A DNA stretch of 41,721 nt from a bacterium (GCA_029932385.1 JAOZQE010000005.1:1-41721), one strand, 5' to 3'; counted from the first letter of the stretch, positions 28,888 through 39,081 are shown. Numbers and translations: made by a program. The notes: generated by a model not told the origin, from the letters alone.

Positions 28888-30171
28888 TTATTCAAGATCA
28901 ACAATAATCTTGAAGGTTTCGCGATCCCCTTTTTTCACCACCGGCGAATCGAAATGAACTTCCTTGAAAAGGGGTGAGTCTTCCAGAGCTTTTACCACGG
29001 TTGTCGCTGAAGAGGAAGTTCCGCTTAAATGAACCTTACGCCCTCTGATAGCTAATGAACGTAACCAGGTATCCTGCGGGATTAACTCAGTCAACTCTTT
29101 CAAGAGATCGATCGTCACAGATTGTTCATGCACCTGCTCCGAAAGGTTTTCAAAGTGTTCGATAAGCGCTTGATTCTGTTTCCTGATGCCGCTTAGTTTC
29201 TCCGCCTCCTGCCGCACAACCGCAAGTTTTTTCTCAAGCTTGTGCAGATGCCGCTGTTTACCGACAATCACGGCCAGAGGCTGCCCGATGATGGCCGCCA
29301 CCAGAAAGATAGCGGCCGCCACTTCCAACTTGAACCAGAGCCGCCGGCGCCGCAGAACATCCGGTGAGATCAGATCAATACTATAGGGAAAAGCACTCCA
29401 TTCGAGACGGAGATTTTCAGGTAACTGATCAAGTTCACTCAGTTCCAGGGCTGGACGTAGCTCCTGCAGACCGGCCCGCAGATCCCCCGCCATCGACCAG
29501 AGAAAAGCCTGCTTGAAACTTAGACCTCGATTCTCGGCCAAGGGTAAATTGTGAGCCAGAAAACTGCTGCTCTCACTCTCTTCAACAACGCCTTCACGGG
29601 CTTTAAAGGTCACGGTCTGGCCATCAAATAGAACCATCTCCCGATGGCCCGCATCACCGCCAAGATAGAGTCCCGGCACGTGCACCATCCAGGCGACAAA
29701 AAAGAGACCGGGGAAAACCGCAGAAAGATTGAAACCGGCTGCGGTAAAAATAGCAATATACTCATCAATCCGGGTTTTCGGCGCTAACGTGACCCTGACC
29801 GCCAGACGGCCATCCTCCTCTTGGCAACGATAACGCCAGTGAAGTCCTTTAATATCATGGGGGACATGGCGCATCAGTTCATAGCCGACGGCATCTTCAA
29901 GATTCTCCGCCGCCGCCAGGGGCAGAGTAAAATGAACTACGGTAAAAATATCAAGCGGCAGCCCTAAAAGCAACAGGTCATCAAGCTGCGGCGGACAATC
30001 ATTTTTAAAGGCCGCCACCGCATGCTTAAACTCTTTCGGAGTAGTGTACGCATACTCTTTGCGCTCAAATACCTTGTCCCGGCCATTCAACCCGCGCCGC
30101 AACCGGAGAAAGAGCAGACGCTCTCTTTCCACCAGCAAAAGCTTAGTTTCCGGTAACCAGGGTAGATTCAT
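28888..30171 (-). CDS. gspL: T2SS protein L (PilN-like C-terminus)
   Basis: LPLAAAENL..VGYEL...P cytoplasmic domain, a TM, and LKELTELIPQDTWL..L...G.S......LEDSPLFKEV. Confidence 0.8.
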   Translation of the reverse strand: MNLPWLPETKLLLVERERLLFLRLRRGLNGRDKVFERKEYAYTTPKEFKHAVAAFKNDCPPQLDDLLLLGLPLDIFTVVHFTLPLAAAENLEDAVGYELMRHVPHDIKGLHWRYRCQEEDGRLAVRVTLAPKTRIDEYIAIFTAAGFNLSAVFPGLFFVAWMVHVPGLYLGGDAGHREMVLFDGQTVTFKAREGVVEESESSSFLAHNLPLAENRGLSFKQAFLWSMAGDLRAGLQELRPALELSELDQLPENLRLEWSAFPYSIDLISPDVLRRRRLWFKLEVAAAIFLVAAIIGQPLAVIVGKQRHLHKLEKKLAVVRQEAEKLSGIRKQNQALIEHFENLSEQVHEQSVTIDLLKELTELIPQDTWLRSLAIRGRKVHLSGTSSSATTVVKALEDSPLFKEVHFDSPVVKKGDRETFKIIVDLE

Positions 30172-30288
30172 AAAAAAACAGGCCCTTCCTGTGCGTTATA
30201 TTAATGATAGTAGTTTACTGAAAATTCGGGGCCTGACCTGTGACTTGCAAGCATCAGACCGCAACCGACAACAAACAGAGTCAAAAAT

Positions 30289-31227
30289 CTATTTTTTCTT
30301 ATTGACTGCGAAAACCTGCCGGTACCAGCTGCCGCCGGCACCGATCGTTCCCGCCTCACTCGCACTGATAGTTACATAATCAGTATCGACCACGGTAAAA
30401 TATTGATTCAAGAGACTGAAAGATTCGGGTGCTATCAACTCACTTAATTCAGCTAATTTAAATATCGGCTTTGCAGCCCGATAAGTGACAACTTCGCTTA
30501 TCACCTCTGGAGGAAGATCATCAATCAGGGTCAACGCCTGCGGGGCGCAACTGTTGATATCCAAGCGTTTCTCCTCCCCGTAGGGTGAAAGCAGATCCAC
30601 CAGACCGGGCCGACTCCCGCTACCAACATAGATATCGTAGGTTATCCCTTTAATCAACAGCAGTTCGTTTACTACATCAATCTTCCGGTTCTTGCAACCA
30701 TAATCAAGGCCCTGCTCTTCGTAATAGTCAGCCTCAGCCCCATTCAGCCGGTGTAAAGAATCTTTATCCGTCCAATCCAGAACCGAATCAATGATACCAT
30801 CACGGGCCTCCTCATCAACCACACCGCAGACCGTGACAATTTTTCGCCAACGGTCGATTTTCAGCTCATCAAGCCTGAATTTACCGGCCTCCGTGGCAAT
30901 TTTAATCTTGACTTTTACGCCTTCGATCTCCCACTCCCAGGGCTCGTAGCGAGGATACCAGAGCTCCAATGGAGCCCCGGAAAGCTCTTCAATCTCATCC
31001 TTTTTTGCCAGCAGGGAACGGTTCGCCCGGTATTTCAGGTACTCATGATATCCCTTGGCAACAGCGGACTGCAAAAGATAGTCGCGCTCAGCCCCGAGGC
31101 GGCGATTGCGAGCCGCCTCGGCATTAAGCCGGGCCGTGGTCGCGTAATTCAGCGCCAGAATACCTAACAGCAGGGATATCCAGAATACCGCCAGCAGGGC
31201 AAAACCCCGATTATTGTCTGACACCAT
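30289..31227 (-). CDS. gspK: T2SS minor pseudopilin K
   Basis: RG|FALLAVFW, E.GK, DWTDKD..RLNGAEADYY, ELLLIKG and DINSC. Confidence 0.9.
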   Translation of the reverse strand: MVSDNNRGFALLAVFWISLLLGILALNYATTARLNAEAARNRRLGAERDYLLQSAVAKGYHEYLKYRANRSLLAKKDEIEELSGAPLELWYPRYEPWEWEIEGVKVKIKIATEAGKFRLDELKIDRWRKIVTVCGVVDEEARDGIIDSVLDWTDKDSLHRLNGAEADYYEEQGLDYGCKNRKIDVVNELLLIKGITYDIYVGSGSRPGLVDLLSPYGEEKRLDINSCAPQALTLIDDLPPEVISEVVTYRAAKPIFKLAELSELIAPESFSLLNQYFTVVDTDYVTISASEAGTIGAGGSWYRQVFAVNKKK

Positions 31228-32003
31228 TACTCTTTCTTTTTTTCATTTTTATTTTTTTCCTTTTTCTGGGGCAATTCGGGCGGAGGTTCCAGATTAAGCA
31301 GCAGGTTGCGTTGCTTGCCCGTCGTATTGCGATAACGGAAAAGGATGTTTCGGGGAAGATTTTTACGGCTGTAATTGCGGATATTATCCCCTTCGACCAA
31401 GGCCTCTTCGGCGATTTCACCCTCCGGCAAATTCAATCTTTCAGGATCGGCAACCACTGCAAAGGAAGCTTCGCCCAAACCATCCATGACCAGCAGCGAG
31501 GCTTCACTAATCTCGGAACCAAGCGCCAGCTCTTTTTCCGGACTCTTGATAAAATCCCATAAAGCTTCAACCAGAATTTTTTTCGGGCCCATCTCTTTTA
31601 CGAGATAGAGAGCCAGCCCCTCCTTATCTTCACTCTCCTTAAGATAGCAACAGGCAAAATAGAGCCCTTCGGCCCGGCGCTGACGCGCTCCGTAACCGGA
31701 GGTTGTCGCATAAAAAAGGACTCGCGGCCCTAAAGCGAAGAAAAAACCCTCGCCTTTCTCCCAGCTGAAACTGTAAGGCACGAGATGCTGCAGATCATCA
31801 TGCAGTAATCGGGTCAACGCAACTTCATGCTCACCCTGTCCGCCTTTGACCTGCTGCTTTGACCATATTCTCCCGGCGCTGGAAAAAGCCAGGTAGAGAA
31901 CCGTAACCACCAGCGCCAGAATTGTCATCGCAATGATCATCTCGATCAAAGTGAAGCCAGCGTTGTCATTACGTCTCGGCAAGATGTTTTTCTTTAAAAT
32001 CAT
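31227..32003 (-). CDS. gspJ: T2SS minor pseudopilin J
   Basis: Prepilin motif AG|FTLIEMII, plus its position in the operon. Confidence 0.75.
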   Translation of the reverse strand: MILKKNILPRRNDNAGFTLIEMIIAMTILALVVTVLYLAFSSAGRIWSKQQVKGGQGEHEVALTRLLHDDLQHLVPYSFSWEKGEGFFFALGPRVLFYATTSGYGARQRRAEGLYFACCYLKESEDKEGLALYLVKEMGPKKILVEALWDFIKSPEKELALGSEISEASLLVMDGLGEASFAVVADPERLNLPEGEIAEEALVEGDNIRNYSRKNLPRNILFRYRNTTGKQRNLLLNLEPPPELPQKKEKNKNEKKKE

Positions 32004-32436
32004 CGGTGAAATATCCGGGGTTTAGCTGACGATAGGAAACCAGGCGCAAATGCCGGCCGGGACGATTTTTATCCTGGATGGTGAAAACCAGACGATAGAG
32101 CTCACTCGTCCAACGCAGAGCGACATCTTCATCATCCGCTTCGGCATCGGCTTCGGGCTTTACATCAACCGCTTCCAGCTGCAATTCCCAGGAAAACGCT
32201 TCAATCTCACCCGACCAGGGGAATTCATCTTTACGCAGATCCCGAACCAGAAGCTCGGCAAAGGTCTGCCGGCCGACGACAATCACTTCATCAAAACCCC
32301 GGCCCCGCTGCTCAAGCCGCAGGCTGGCTCCGAAGAGCTGGAAGAAAGTAGTTACCGTGAGGCCGACAACCAGCACCGCAACCATCATCTCCAGCAGAGT
32401 AAAACCGGAATTGTTACTGGATACTCGCATCGGCAA
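31969..32436 (-). CDS. gspI: T2SS minor pseudopilin I
   Basis: Prepilin motif SG|FTLLEMMV, plus its position in the operon. Confidence 0.75.
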   Translation of the reverse strand: MPMRVSSNNSGFTLLEMMVAVLVVGLTVTTFFQLFGASLRLEQRGRGFDEVIVVGRQTFAELLVRDLRKDEFPWSGEIEAFSWELQLEAVDVKPEADAEADDEDVALRWTSELYRLVFTIQDKNRPGRHLRLVSYRQLNPGYFTDDFKEKHLAET

Positions 32437-32968
32437 CCTGTTCGGTTAATTTTATTCCACCGGTTAAAGAATCGACCTCTAAAACAGCTTGACGGCGGCC
32501 ACTTTTTAGCAATAAAGGTTCACCGGAAGCACCGCCATCGGCATAAAATGTAAAGAGAATAATCTGGGGTGCGGGTTTAGTCTCATCATCTTCCGCCACT
32601 TCCAACTCGTGCTCCGCTGCGGCCAACGCCGTCGCTTGCGCTGCGGAGAGCACCAGTTCCGCCGGAGCCGTCAGAATCATTTGTCGGCCGCGCAACTCCT
32701 CACTGAACTGTTTTTTTTTCGGATTAAAGCGGCAGATATTCGTCCGCCGCTCTAAAATTGCATAGCTTCGCGCAACCTTCAAAAAAACATGGAGCTCGCG
32801 CAGATTCGTACGCCAGCGGAAAGCCTCCCGCTGACGATAGTTAATACCTAAAAACAGGCTTAACCCCATTCCCATAACGGCGACCACAACAATCAGCTCC
32901 ACCAGGGTAAAAGCCCGGGAGTCGGAAACAGCATCGGAATTGTGCGGACAATGAGGTCGGATTCGCAT
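32414..32968 (-). CDS. gspH: T2SS minor pseudopilin H
   Basis: RA|FTLVELIVV, ARSYAI, FYADGGASG and VDSLTG, which are GspH/FimT-like. Confidence 0.8.
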   Translation of the reverse strand: MRIRPHCPHNSDAVSDSRAFTLVELIVVVAVMGMGLSLFLGINYRQREAFRWRTNLRELHVFLKVARSYAILERRTNICRFNPKKKQFSEELRGRQMILTAPAELVLSAAQATALAAAEHELEVAEDDETKPAPQIILFTFYADGGASGEPLLLKSGRRQAVLEVDSLTGGIKLTEQVADASIQ

Positions 32969-32982
32969 TAATTATCTTTACT

Positions 32983-33411
32983 TCAATTTTCCCAGCTGTT
33001 GACATCGGCCTGATCGCCATCACCACCGGACTGACCTCCAACACCGTATGAACTTAAATCATAGTCCCCGTGATCGCCCGGACTCTTATAATCATATTTG
33101 TTGCCCCAGGGATCATTAGGAATCGGTTTCGGCATGTAGGGACCATCCCAGTTTTTTGTTCCTTCAGGTTTAACCCGCAGGGCCTCAAGGCCCTGAGCGG
33201 TAGTCGGATAAAGATCGTTGTCAAGCCGGTAGGAGTCAAGGGCGGTACCTAAAAGCTCGATCTGAGCCCGGGCGGTTTTACGTTTAGCCCCGGCCACTTT
33301 CTTGAACATTGTGGGGGCCACCAGGGAGGCCAGCAAACCGATAATTACCATAACAATCAACAGTTCAATCAAGGTAAAACCTTGATTTTTAAGTTTTTTT
33401 CGTTCGCGCAT
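32983..33411 (-). CDS. gspG: T2SS major pseudopilin G
   Basis: QG|FTLIELLIVMVIIGLLASLVAP, ALDSYRLD..YP...GL.AL, WDGPY and DPWGNKYDY. AAGGAG supports ATG 33411. Confidence 0.95.
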   Translation of the reverse strand: MRERKKLKNQGFTLIELLIVMVIIGLLASLVAPTMFKKVAGAKRKTARAQIELLGTALDSYRLDNDLYPTTAQGLEALRVKPEGTKNWDGPYMPKPIPNDPWGNKYDYKSPGDHGDYDLSSYGVGGQSGGDGDQADVNSWEN

Positions 33412-33439
33412 TTTTATCTCCTTAAAATTTATTGCCACT

Positions 33440-34738
33440 TTAACCGCCCAGTTCATTAACGCTGAAGATTGCCATCAGCATCGAAACCACGATGGCGCCG
33501 ATGACCAGCCCCATAAAGAGGATAACCAGAGGTTCAAACAGAGAGGTTAAAGCTTTAATTGTAACTTTTAATTCACGGTCGTACATTTCGGCCAGTTTTT
33601 CAAGCATCTCATCGAGATTACCGGTCTCTTCACCAACCCCGATCATATGCACTGCCAATGAAGGGAAAATCGGATCAGCGGCGAGGACCTGAGAGATAAT
33701 CGCGCCCTGCCGCAACTCATTCTGAAGATGGGCCACTTTCTGTTCCAGAATCTGATTATTGATAACTCCGCCAACCACCTGCAGAGCTTCAAGGATAGGT
33801 ACGCCGCTGGCCAGCATGGCCCCTAACGTCCTGAAAAAACGGGCCAGATCCATCTTGATAAAAATGCTGCCGAAGAGCGGCAGACGCAGCTTGAAACGGT
33901 CGATCAACAGACGCCCCTGCGAACTGCGATAAAATTGACGGTAGCCCCAGATTGCGAAGATAACCCCCAACCCTAAAGCCCACCACCAGCTCTGCATAAA
34001 ATTACCGCAACTAAGCATCAGACGGGTGGCGGTCGGCAGGGCCACGCCCATATCGGAGAAAATCGCCGCAAATTTAGGTAAAACAAATGCCAGCAGGAGA
34101 ATAATTGAGGCTCCAGTTGTCAGCGTCAGAACCAGAGGATAGATCATCGCTCCGATCAGAAACTCTTTCAACTCCCGAATACCATTCAGATAGAGAGCAA
34201 GCCGGCCCAGAGCCGTATCCAGAATCCCGCCGCTCTCTCCGGCCCGGACCATGCCGATAAAAACCGGAGGGAATATCTGGGGATGGCTGCCCAGAGCCTC
34301 CCAGAAAGTGCTCCCCTCTTTAACCTGCTCACGCAGACTCTCCATAACCCGGCTGAAAAGTGGTTTTTCCACCAGTTCAACCAGAATTACCAGGGCCCGG
34401 TTCAGCGGAACTCCAGCTTTAAGGAGAAGGCCCAGATCTTCCGCAAAGCCAGCCAGTTCCTTGACTCCGGGACGGCGCCAGGGCATCTTATCGAGCCATT
34501 CGGAAAATTCCGGCATTGATCTGCCGGAGATTTTAAACCGCTGTGGCTTAGCTCTGGCAGGAGTATATGCGGCTCCCGGTACAACTTCTGCGGAGCTGTT
34601 GTCCGCAGCGGCAATCCGCAACGGAATCAGGCCCTGACGTTGCAACTGAGAGGCCGCCTGACGCTCGTCCGGTGCATGCAAACGACCGGAACTGACTTCG
34701 CCTCCGGGACTTGCCGCCTTATAACTGAACTCCGGCAT
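33440..34738 (-). CDS. gspF: T2SS inner-membrane platform protein F
   Basis: LLKAGVPL, MVRAGESGG.L, AMIYP, VGEETGNLDEML and EPLVIL. Confidence 0.95.
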   Translation of the reverse strand: MPEFSYKAASPGGEVSSGRLHAPDERQAASQLQRQGLIPLRIAAADNSSAEVVPGAAYTPARAKPQRFKISGRSMPEFSEWLDKMPWRRPGVKELAGFAEDLGLLLKAGVPLNRALVILVELVEKPLFSRVMESLREQVKEGSTFWEALGSHPQIFPPVFIGMVRAGESGGILDTALGRLALYLNGIRELKEFLIGAMIYPLVLTLTTGASIILLLAFVLPKFAAIFSDMGVALPTATRLMLSCGNFMQSWWWALGLGVIFAIWGYRQFYRSSQGRLLIDRFKLRLPLFGSIFIKMDLARFFRTLGAMLASGVPILEALQVVGGVINNQILEQKVAHLQNELRQGAIISQVLAADPIFPSLAVHMIGVGEETGNLDEMLEKLAEMYDRELKVTIKALTSLFEPLVILFMGLVIGAIVVSMLMAIFSVNELGG

Positions 34739-34740
34739 CG

Positions 34741-36420
34741 CTAAGCCCCGCTCACACGTACAACCTCTTCAAGCGAGGTTATGCCGGCCTTAACTTTGGC
34801 CCAACCGTCATCACGAAGCAGGGTCATACCATTTGCTACCGCATGCTTACGCAAAACCAGGGAGCTTTGGCTATCAAGAATCAGAGAACGCACCGCGTCG
34901 GTTACCGGCAGCAACTCAAAAATTCCGACCCGCCCGCGGAAACCGGAAAAGGAACACTCCTTACATCCTTTAGGACGATAGACCGGTTCACTTTCACTTA
35001 CGGCAAAGGGCAATTTAAGCCGCTGCAAAACTGCGGCATCAGGCACAAAAGCCTCCTTGCACGCGGGACAGAGCACCCGAACCAGGCGCTGAGCCATAAT
35101 CGCCACCAGTGAGGAGGAGAGCAGATAATCTTCAACGCCGATCTCAACCAGCCGGGTTATGGCCCCGGCAGCATCATTTGTATGCAGGGTGGAAAAGACC
35201 AGGTGTCCGGTCAAAGCTGATTGAATCGCAATGTCAGCGGTCTCCCGGTCGCGAATTTCACCGATCAGAATAACATCCGGATCCTGACGGACAATTGAAC
35301 GCAGACCATTGGCAAAACCTAAGCCCGCCTTGCTGTTGACTTGAACCTGGTTAATCCCGTCAAGTTCATACTCGACCGGATCTTCAATCGTAATAATCTT
35401 CTTATCAATCGCATTAATCGTATTGAGAGCGGCATAGAGAGTGGTTGTCTTGCCGGAACCGGTCGGCCCGGTAACCAGAATAATCCCGTAGGGCAGACGG
35501 ATCATCTCTTCGAAAGCCTGGCGTTCGGCCTCAGGAAAACCCAGGCTACCGAGACTGAATGAGATATTTGTACGGTCGAGAATACGCATGACCACGCTCT
35601 CACCGTAGACCGTCGGCAGACAAGAGACCCGGAGATCGATATCCTTACCGGAAATTTTTATACGGATCCGGCCGTCCTGGGGCAGACGGCGCTCAGCAAT
35701 ATCCATCCGCGCCATAATCTTGATCCGGGAGATAATTGAGGACTGGATATGTTTCGGTGGAGTCGCATGCTCCCTTAAGACCCCGTCAACCCGGAAACGA
35801 ACCTGAAGATTCTCGGCCAGAGGCTCAATGTGAATATCACTGGCCCCCTCCTCCACCGCCTTAGTCAAAAACTGATTGACCAGTTTAATAATCGGCGCTT
35901 CGGAAGCAAGATCCCGCAGATGATCGACATCATCACCCAGGCCGACAACTCCATCAAGCTCGGACGAATCGTCTGTTCCGGTACTCTCGGCATCGCTTTC
36001 AGCCCCGATAAAACTGGCTTTAATCCAGGCGCCAATCTTCTCTTCACGAGCCAGAATAAGCTCTATCCGCCGGCCCGGAAAAAGCTGCCGGAAGGTTTCT
36101 AAGACCAGATGATCATAGGGATCATTGACGGCTACCACCAGGGCTGGGTCACCGCCCAAAGGAAAACAGCGATGCTCTTCTAAAAAGAGCGGCGAGATAT
36201 CGGCAAAGGGGGCAATATCATAATCTGCAGGCAGTTCACTTATCTGCCGCAGATTAAGCTCTTCTGCTACCAGAGTCAGAAAATCCTCTTCCGAAACCAG
36301 ACCGAGACGAATGGCAAGCCGGTGCAAAGCTTCGCGTTCACGACCGCTGGGCTTGATTTTTTTTAAGTCCGTCGCGGAGATCAATCCCCGCTCGACCATT
36401 ACTTCGATAATGCCGGCCAT
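34741..36420 (-). CDS. gspE: T2SS ATPase E
   Basis: ASDIHIEP, MDIAERRLPQDG, Walker A GPTGSGKTT, TIEDPVE, RQDPDVILIGEIRD, TGHLVFSTLHTN, and the CPAC/CKEC Zn motif. Confidence 0.96.
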   Translation of the reverse strand: MAGIIEVMVERGLISATDLKKIKPSGREREALHRLAIRLGLVSEEDFLTLVAEELNLRQISELPADYDIAPFADISPLFLEEHRCFPLGGDPALVVAVNDPYDHLVLETFRQLFPGRRIELILAREEKIGAWIKASFIGAESDAESTGTDDSSELDGVVGLGDDVDHLRDLASEAPIIKLVNQFLTKAVEEGASDIHIEPLAENLQVRFRVDGVLREHATPPKHIQSSIISRIKIMARMDIAERRLPQDGRIRIKISGKDIDLRVSCLPTVYGESVVMRILDRTNISFSLGSLGFPEAERQAFEEMIRLPYGIILVTGPTGSGKTTTLYAALNTINAIDKKIITIEDPVEYELDGINQVQVNSKAGLGFANGLRSIVRQDPDVILIGEIRDRETADIAIQSALTGHLVFSTLHTNDAAGAITRLVEIGVEDYLLSSSLVAIMAQRLVRVLCPACKEAFVPDAAVLQRLKLPFAVSESEPVYRPKGCKECSFSGFRGRVGIFELLPVTDAVRSLILDSQSSLVLRKHAVANGMTLLRDDGWAKVKAGITSLEEVVRVSGA

Positions 36421-37823
36421 GCCCGAGCCTCCCCTAAAGCCAGCAGAAAGAAACAGAACATACGGCTGTAAGCCATCTGCATGGGAAATGAGAAAAACAT
36501 AATCACCGAAAATGCGGTCAGCGAAGCTAATATCGGCAAACGCCAGTCTTCGCCATCATCATCCGCCCTGGTTGAATATCGCAAAAGATAAAATTGCCGC
36601 CCCCAGAGCAACAGAAAGAGCAATAGGGCGGGGATACCACATTCTGCCGCCAGTTGCAAATAGTCATTATGAGCTTTACGAACCTGCATCTTATAACTAT
36701 AGAGCGGGTCATAAGCAAAACTCTTGAAATAGAGCGGATAATTATAAGACCAGTTACCGAGGCCGACCCCTAAAAACGGATGATCTTTGATCATCATCAA
36801 AGAGTTACCCCAGTGATAATAACGACATTCAAGCAGACGCGCAATACCTCCCCGTTGAAATTTATTAAAACTCCTCTTAACCCGTTTACGACTGTTGGGA
36901 AAAACCATAATCAGGCTGGCGATAACTATCAACATAAGCAAGCTGATCACCAGTAAACGCCCACCTCTTCGCACCTGACTTACTGATTCTTTAACCTCTT
37001 TTTTACGGCTCATAAACCAAAACAGAGGCACCACCAAAGCTTCTAACATCAGTGCCAAAATTGCCACCCGAGAATAATTCATAAAGAGCAGAATCAGAGC
37101 TGCAGACCCTAAAAATAGAAAAGCTATAAAAAAGATTAATTGAGGAACTCTTTTTGAGCTTCGCCACAGATGCCAATGACGCCCAGCTGCAAAAAGAACA
37201 AAAGGAATTACCAGAGCAATAAAATGGGCCGCTGGATTACGATAACCGAAGGTTGAAGCGGGACCCAGAATTGTCATCAAAAAAGGAAATTTATAACCTG
37301 TCGATTGAATCAAACCTAAACCTGAAAAGATCAACAAGCTCGTCAATAAAGCGTAAACTGCAACCCAGCGTAATCGGTTCTGCTGAAACAGATGAGCCAG
37401 TATAAATCCCAGAATCACCAATAGGATGTAATTTACCAAGAAATAAAGACCCGCCTTTACCACCAAACTTCCGGAAAGCGAAAAAGCCATCACCATCAGG
37501 AGCAGAAGAAAGATTTTTACCCCTAGATTTCGGCGCATAAAATTGATACAGGATTCCAGCTGAGAGACTTTGCGATAAATGTAAATACAGTAAAATAAAC
37601 CCAGTAAAGGTATAAAAGCAGAAATATAGATAATCTTGGGAAGATCATAAACAGTACACAAAATCCGGCCTTCAGGAGTATACCCTGAGATAAAAATAAG
37701 TGGCGTACTCACAAAAAAGACTATTAGCAACCAAGGCCATACTGTTCGCGACCAAAAATCAAAAACTATTACAGGTTCCGAAGCTACAGATTTTTTTCGG
37801 GAGGTTTTGATCTTCGCTTTCAC
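36399..37823 (-). CDS. O-antigen ligase / O-oligosaccharyltransferase (Wzy_C) family membrane protein
   Basis: About 12 TMs. Motifs STFGYRN, SR.AIL, R...W......DHPFLGVGLGNW, AHNDYLQLAAECG and FFSFP. Confidence 0.85.
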   Translation of the reverse strand: MKAKIKTSRKKSVASEPVIVFDFWSRTVWPWLLIVFFVSTPLIFISGYTPEGRILCTVYDLPKIIYISAFIPLLGLFYCIYIYRKVSQLESCINFMRRNLGVKIFLLLLMVMAFSLSGSLVVKAGLYFLVNYILLVILGFILAHLFQQNRLRWVAVYALLTSLLIFSGLGLIQSTGYKFPFLMTILGPASTFGYRNPAAHFIALVIPFVLFAAGRHWHLWRSSKRVPQLIFFIAFLFLGSAALILLFMNYSRVAILALMLEALVVPLFWFMSRKKEVKESVSQVRRGGRLLVISLLMLIVIASLIMVFPNSRKRVKRSFNKFQRGGIARLLECRYYHWGNSLMMIKDHPFLGVGLGNWSYNYPLYFKSFAYDPLYSYKMQVRKAHNDYLQLAAECGIPALLLFLLLWGRQFYLLRYSTRADDDGEDWRLPILASLTAFSVIMFFSFPMQMAYSRMFCFFLLALGEARAWPALSK

Positions 37824-38332
37824 TTGGCGCTCCGTGTTACTCGCTGATTTTCACGTTCCAATTCTACCCAAACCGGGAGCAGAGATTTTTTAAGAGGATA
37901 AATTGAACGGCTTTTCTGTAAAACTGTAAAAGCTTTTTTATTTTCTCCAAGACGGTAAGCGCAACTTCCTATAGATGTCAGGAACAAGATTGAAAGCGGA
38001 TCACCTGATAATCCCTCCTCATAACACTTCAGAGCCGCACGAAGCCGGCCTGACTGTTGATAACTATTACCGGCAGTCAAATAAGCTCTACAGATACGCG
38101 GGTAGTAACCACTATATTGAGCTCCTTTCTGCCAGGCTTGTACAGCTCTCCGGTAATCGTATCCGGCTTCCAGCAGTCGGCCCTGACGTAAGGCTGCTTC
38201 AGCAGCTTTGAATCGAGCTTCCATATGAACTATCTGTAGCCGTCGGCTAACGGTACTGATCCCAAACCAGCTCAAACCCAGAAAGACCAGGAAAAAAAGA
38301 GCCGCAACGATTAATACAGATTTTCGTTTCAT
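37820..38332 (-). CDS. Membrane-anchored TPR protein
   Basis: An N-terminal TM and TPR-like helices (AYLTAGNSYQQSGRLRAALKCYEEGL..DP). It overlaps both neighbours by 4 nt. Confidence 0.7.
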   Translation of the reverse strand: MKRKSVLIVAALFFLVFLGLSWFGISTVSRRLQIVHMEARFKAAEAALRQGRLLEAGYDYRRAVQAWQKGAQYSGYYPRICRAYLTAGNSYQQSGRLRAALKCYEEGLSGDPLSILFLTSIGSCAYRLGENKKAFTVLQKSRSIYPLKKSLLPVWVELERENQRVTRSAK

Positions 38333-39075
38333 CTCTTAAATAACCACGAAGACCACAACTGCCAGCGATGTAAACGAAACAGAACTCCCATCGCCAGACA
38401 TCCGCAACCATACTTCAGGCTCCGCCTGAAATTGATTGATGAAGCTTCAGGAAAATATTTAGTCGGACAACTTACTTCACCGATAATATAACCTAAATTA
38501 TGAATCTGCACCAGAATCTGATTGTCAAAAATAAAATCATCGGAGTTACGATGCAGCGGCAGCTGCCGCAGAAGAGAGGCTGAATAGGCTCGATAACCTG
38601 TATGAAATTCAGAAAGTTTCGTACCCAGGAGAATATTTTCCAACAATGTCAGAATCCGGTTAGCTAGATATTTCCACCAAGGCATACCTCCAGCCCGAGC
38701 CCGTCCACCCAGAATCCGCGAGGCCAGAACACAGTCATAGAGACCACTACCGATCATGGCTGCCATCACAGGAATCAACAGCGGTGTATACTGGTAGTCA
38801 GGATGCACCATGATCACAATATCGGCACCTGCCTTAAGGGCCCGCCGATAACAACTTTTCTGGTTGGCACCATAGCCTAAATTACACTGATGCCGTACAA
38901 GTTCTGACTTGGGTAGTTCGGCGGCAATCTTGGCGGTCGCATCAGAACTATAGTCATCGACAATTACAACCTGATCGACGATCTTCTGTGCCATGACCTC
39001 ATTGTAGGTTTTCACCAGAGTCGATTCTGCATTATAGGCCGGCATGACTACGACCACTTTTTTATCTCGATACAC
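38329..39075 (-). CDS. GT2 glycosyltransferase (DPM1/polyprenol-phosphate glycosyltransferase-like)
   Basis: VVMPAYN, VDDYSSD, NLGYGANQK, HPDYQY and SEFHTGYRAY. Confidence 0.88.
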   Translation of the reverse strand: MYRDKKVVVVMPAYNAESTLVKTYNEVMAQKIVDQVVIVDDYSSDATAKIAAELPKSELVRHQCNLGYGANQKSCYRRALKAGADIVIMVHPDYQYTPLLIPVMAAMIGSGLYDCVLASRILGGRARAGGMPWWKYLANRILTLLENILLGTKLSEFHTGYRAYSASLLRQLPLHRNSDDFIFDNQILVQIHNLGYIIGEVSCPTKYFPEASSINFRRSLKYGCGCLAMGVLFRLHRWQLWSSWLFKR

Positions 39076-39081
39076 GCCGCA

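Noticed and set aside
33412-33456. N-terminal extension of gspG in the ORF track
   Set aside because: It overlaps the end of gspF. AAGGAG precedes ATG 33411, which gives a normal short basic leader.
30289-36420. Type IV pilus operon
   Set aside because: GspG- and GspK-specific motifs are present, and no PilT or PilM-type genes are in the cluster.
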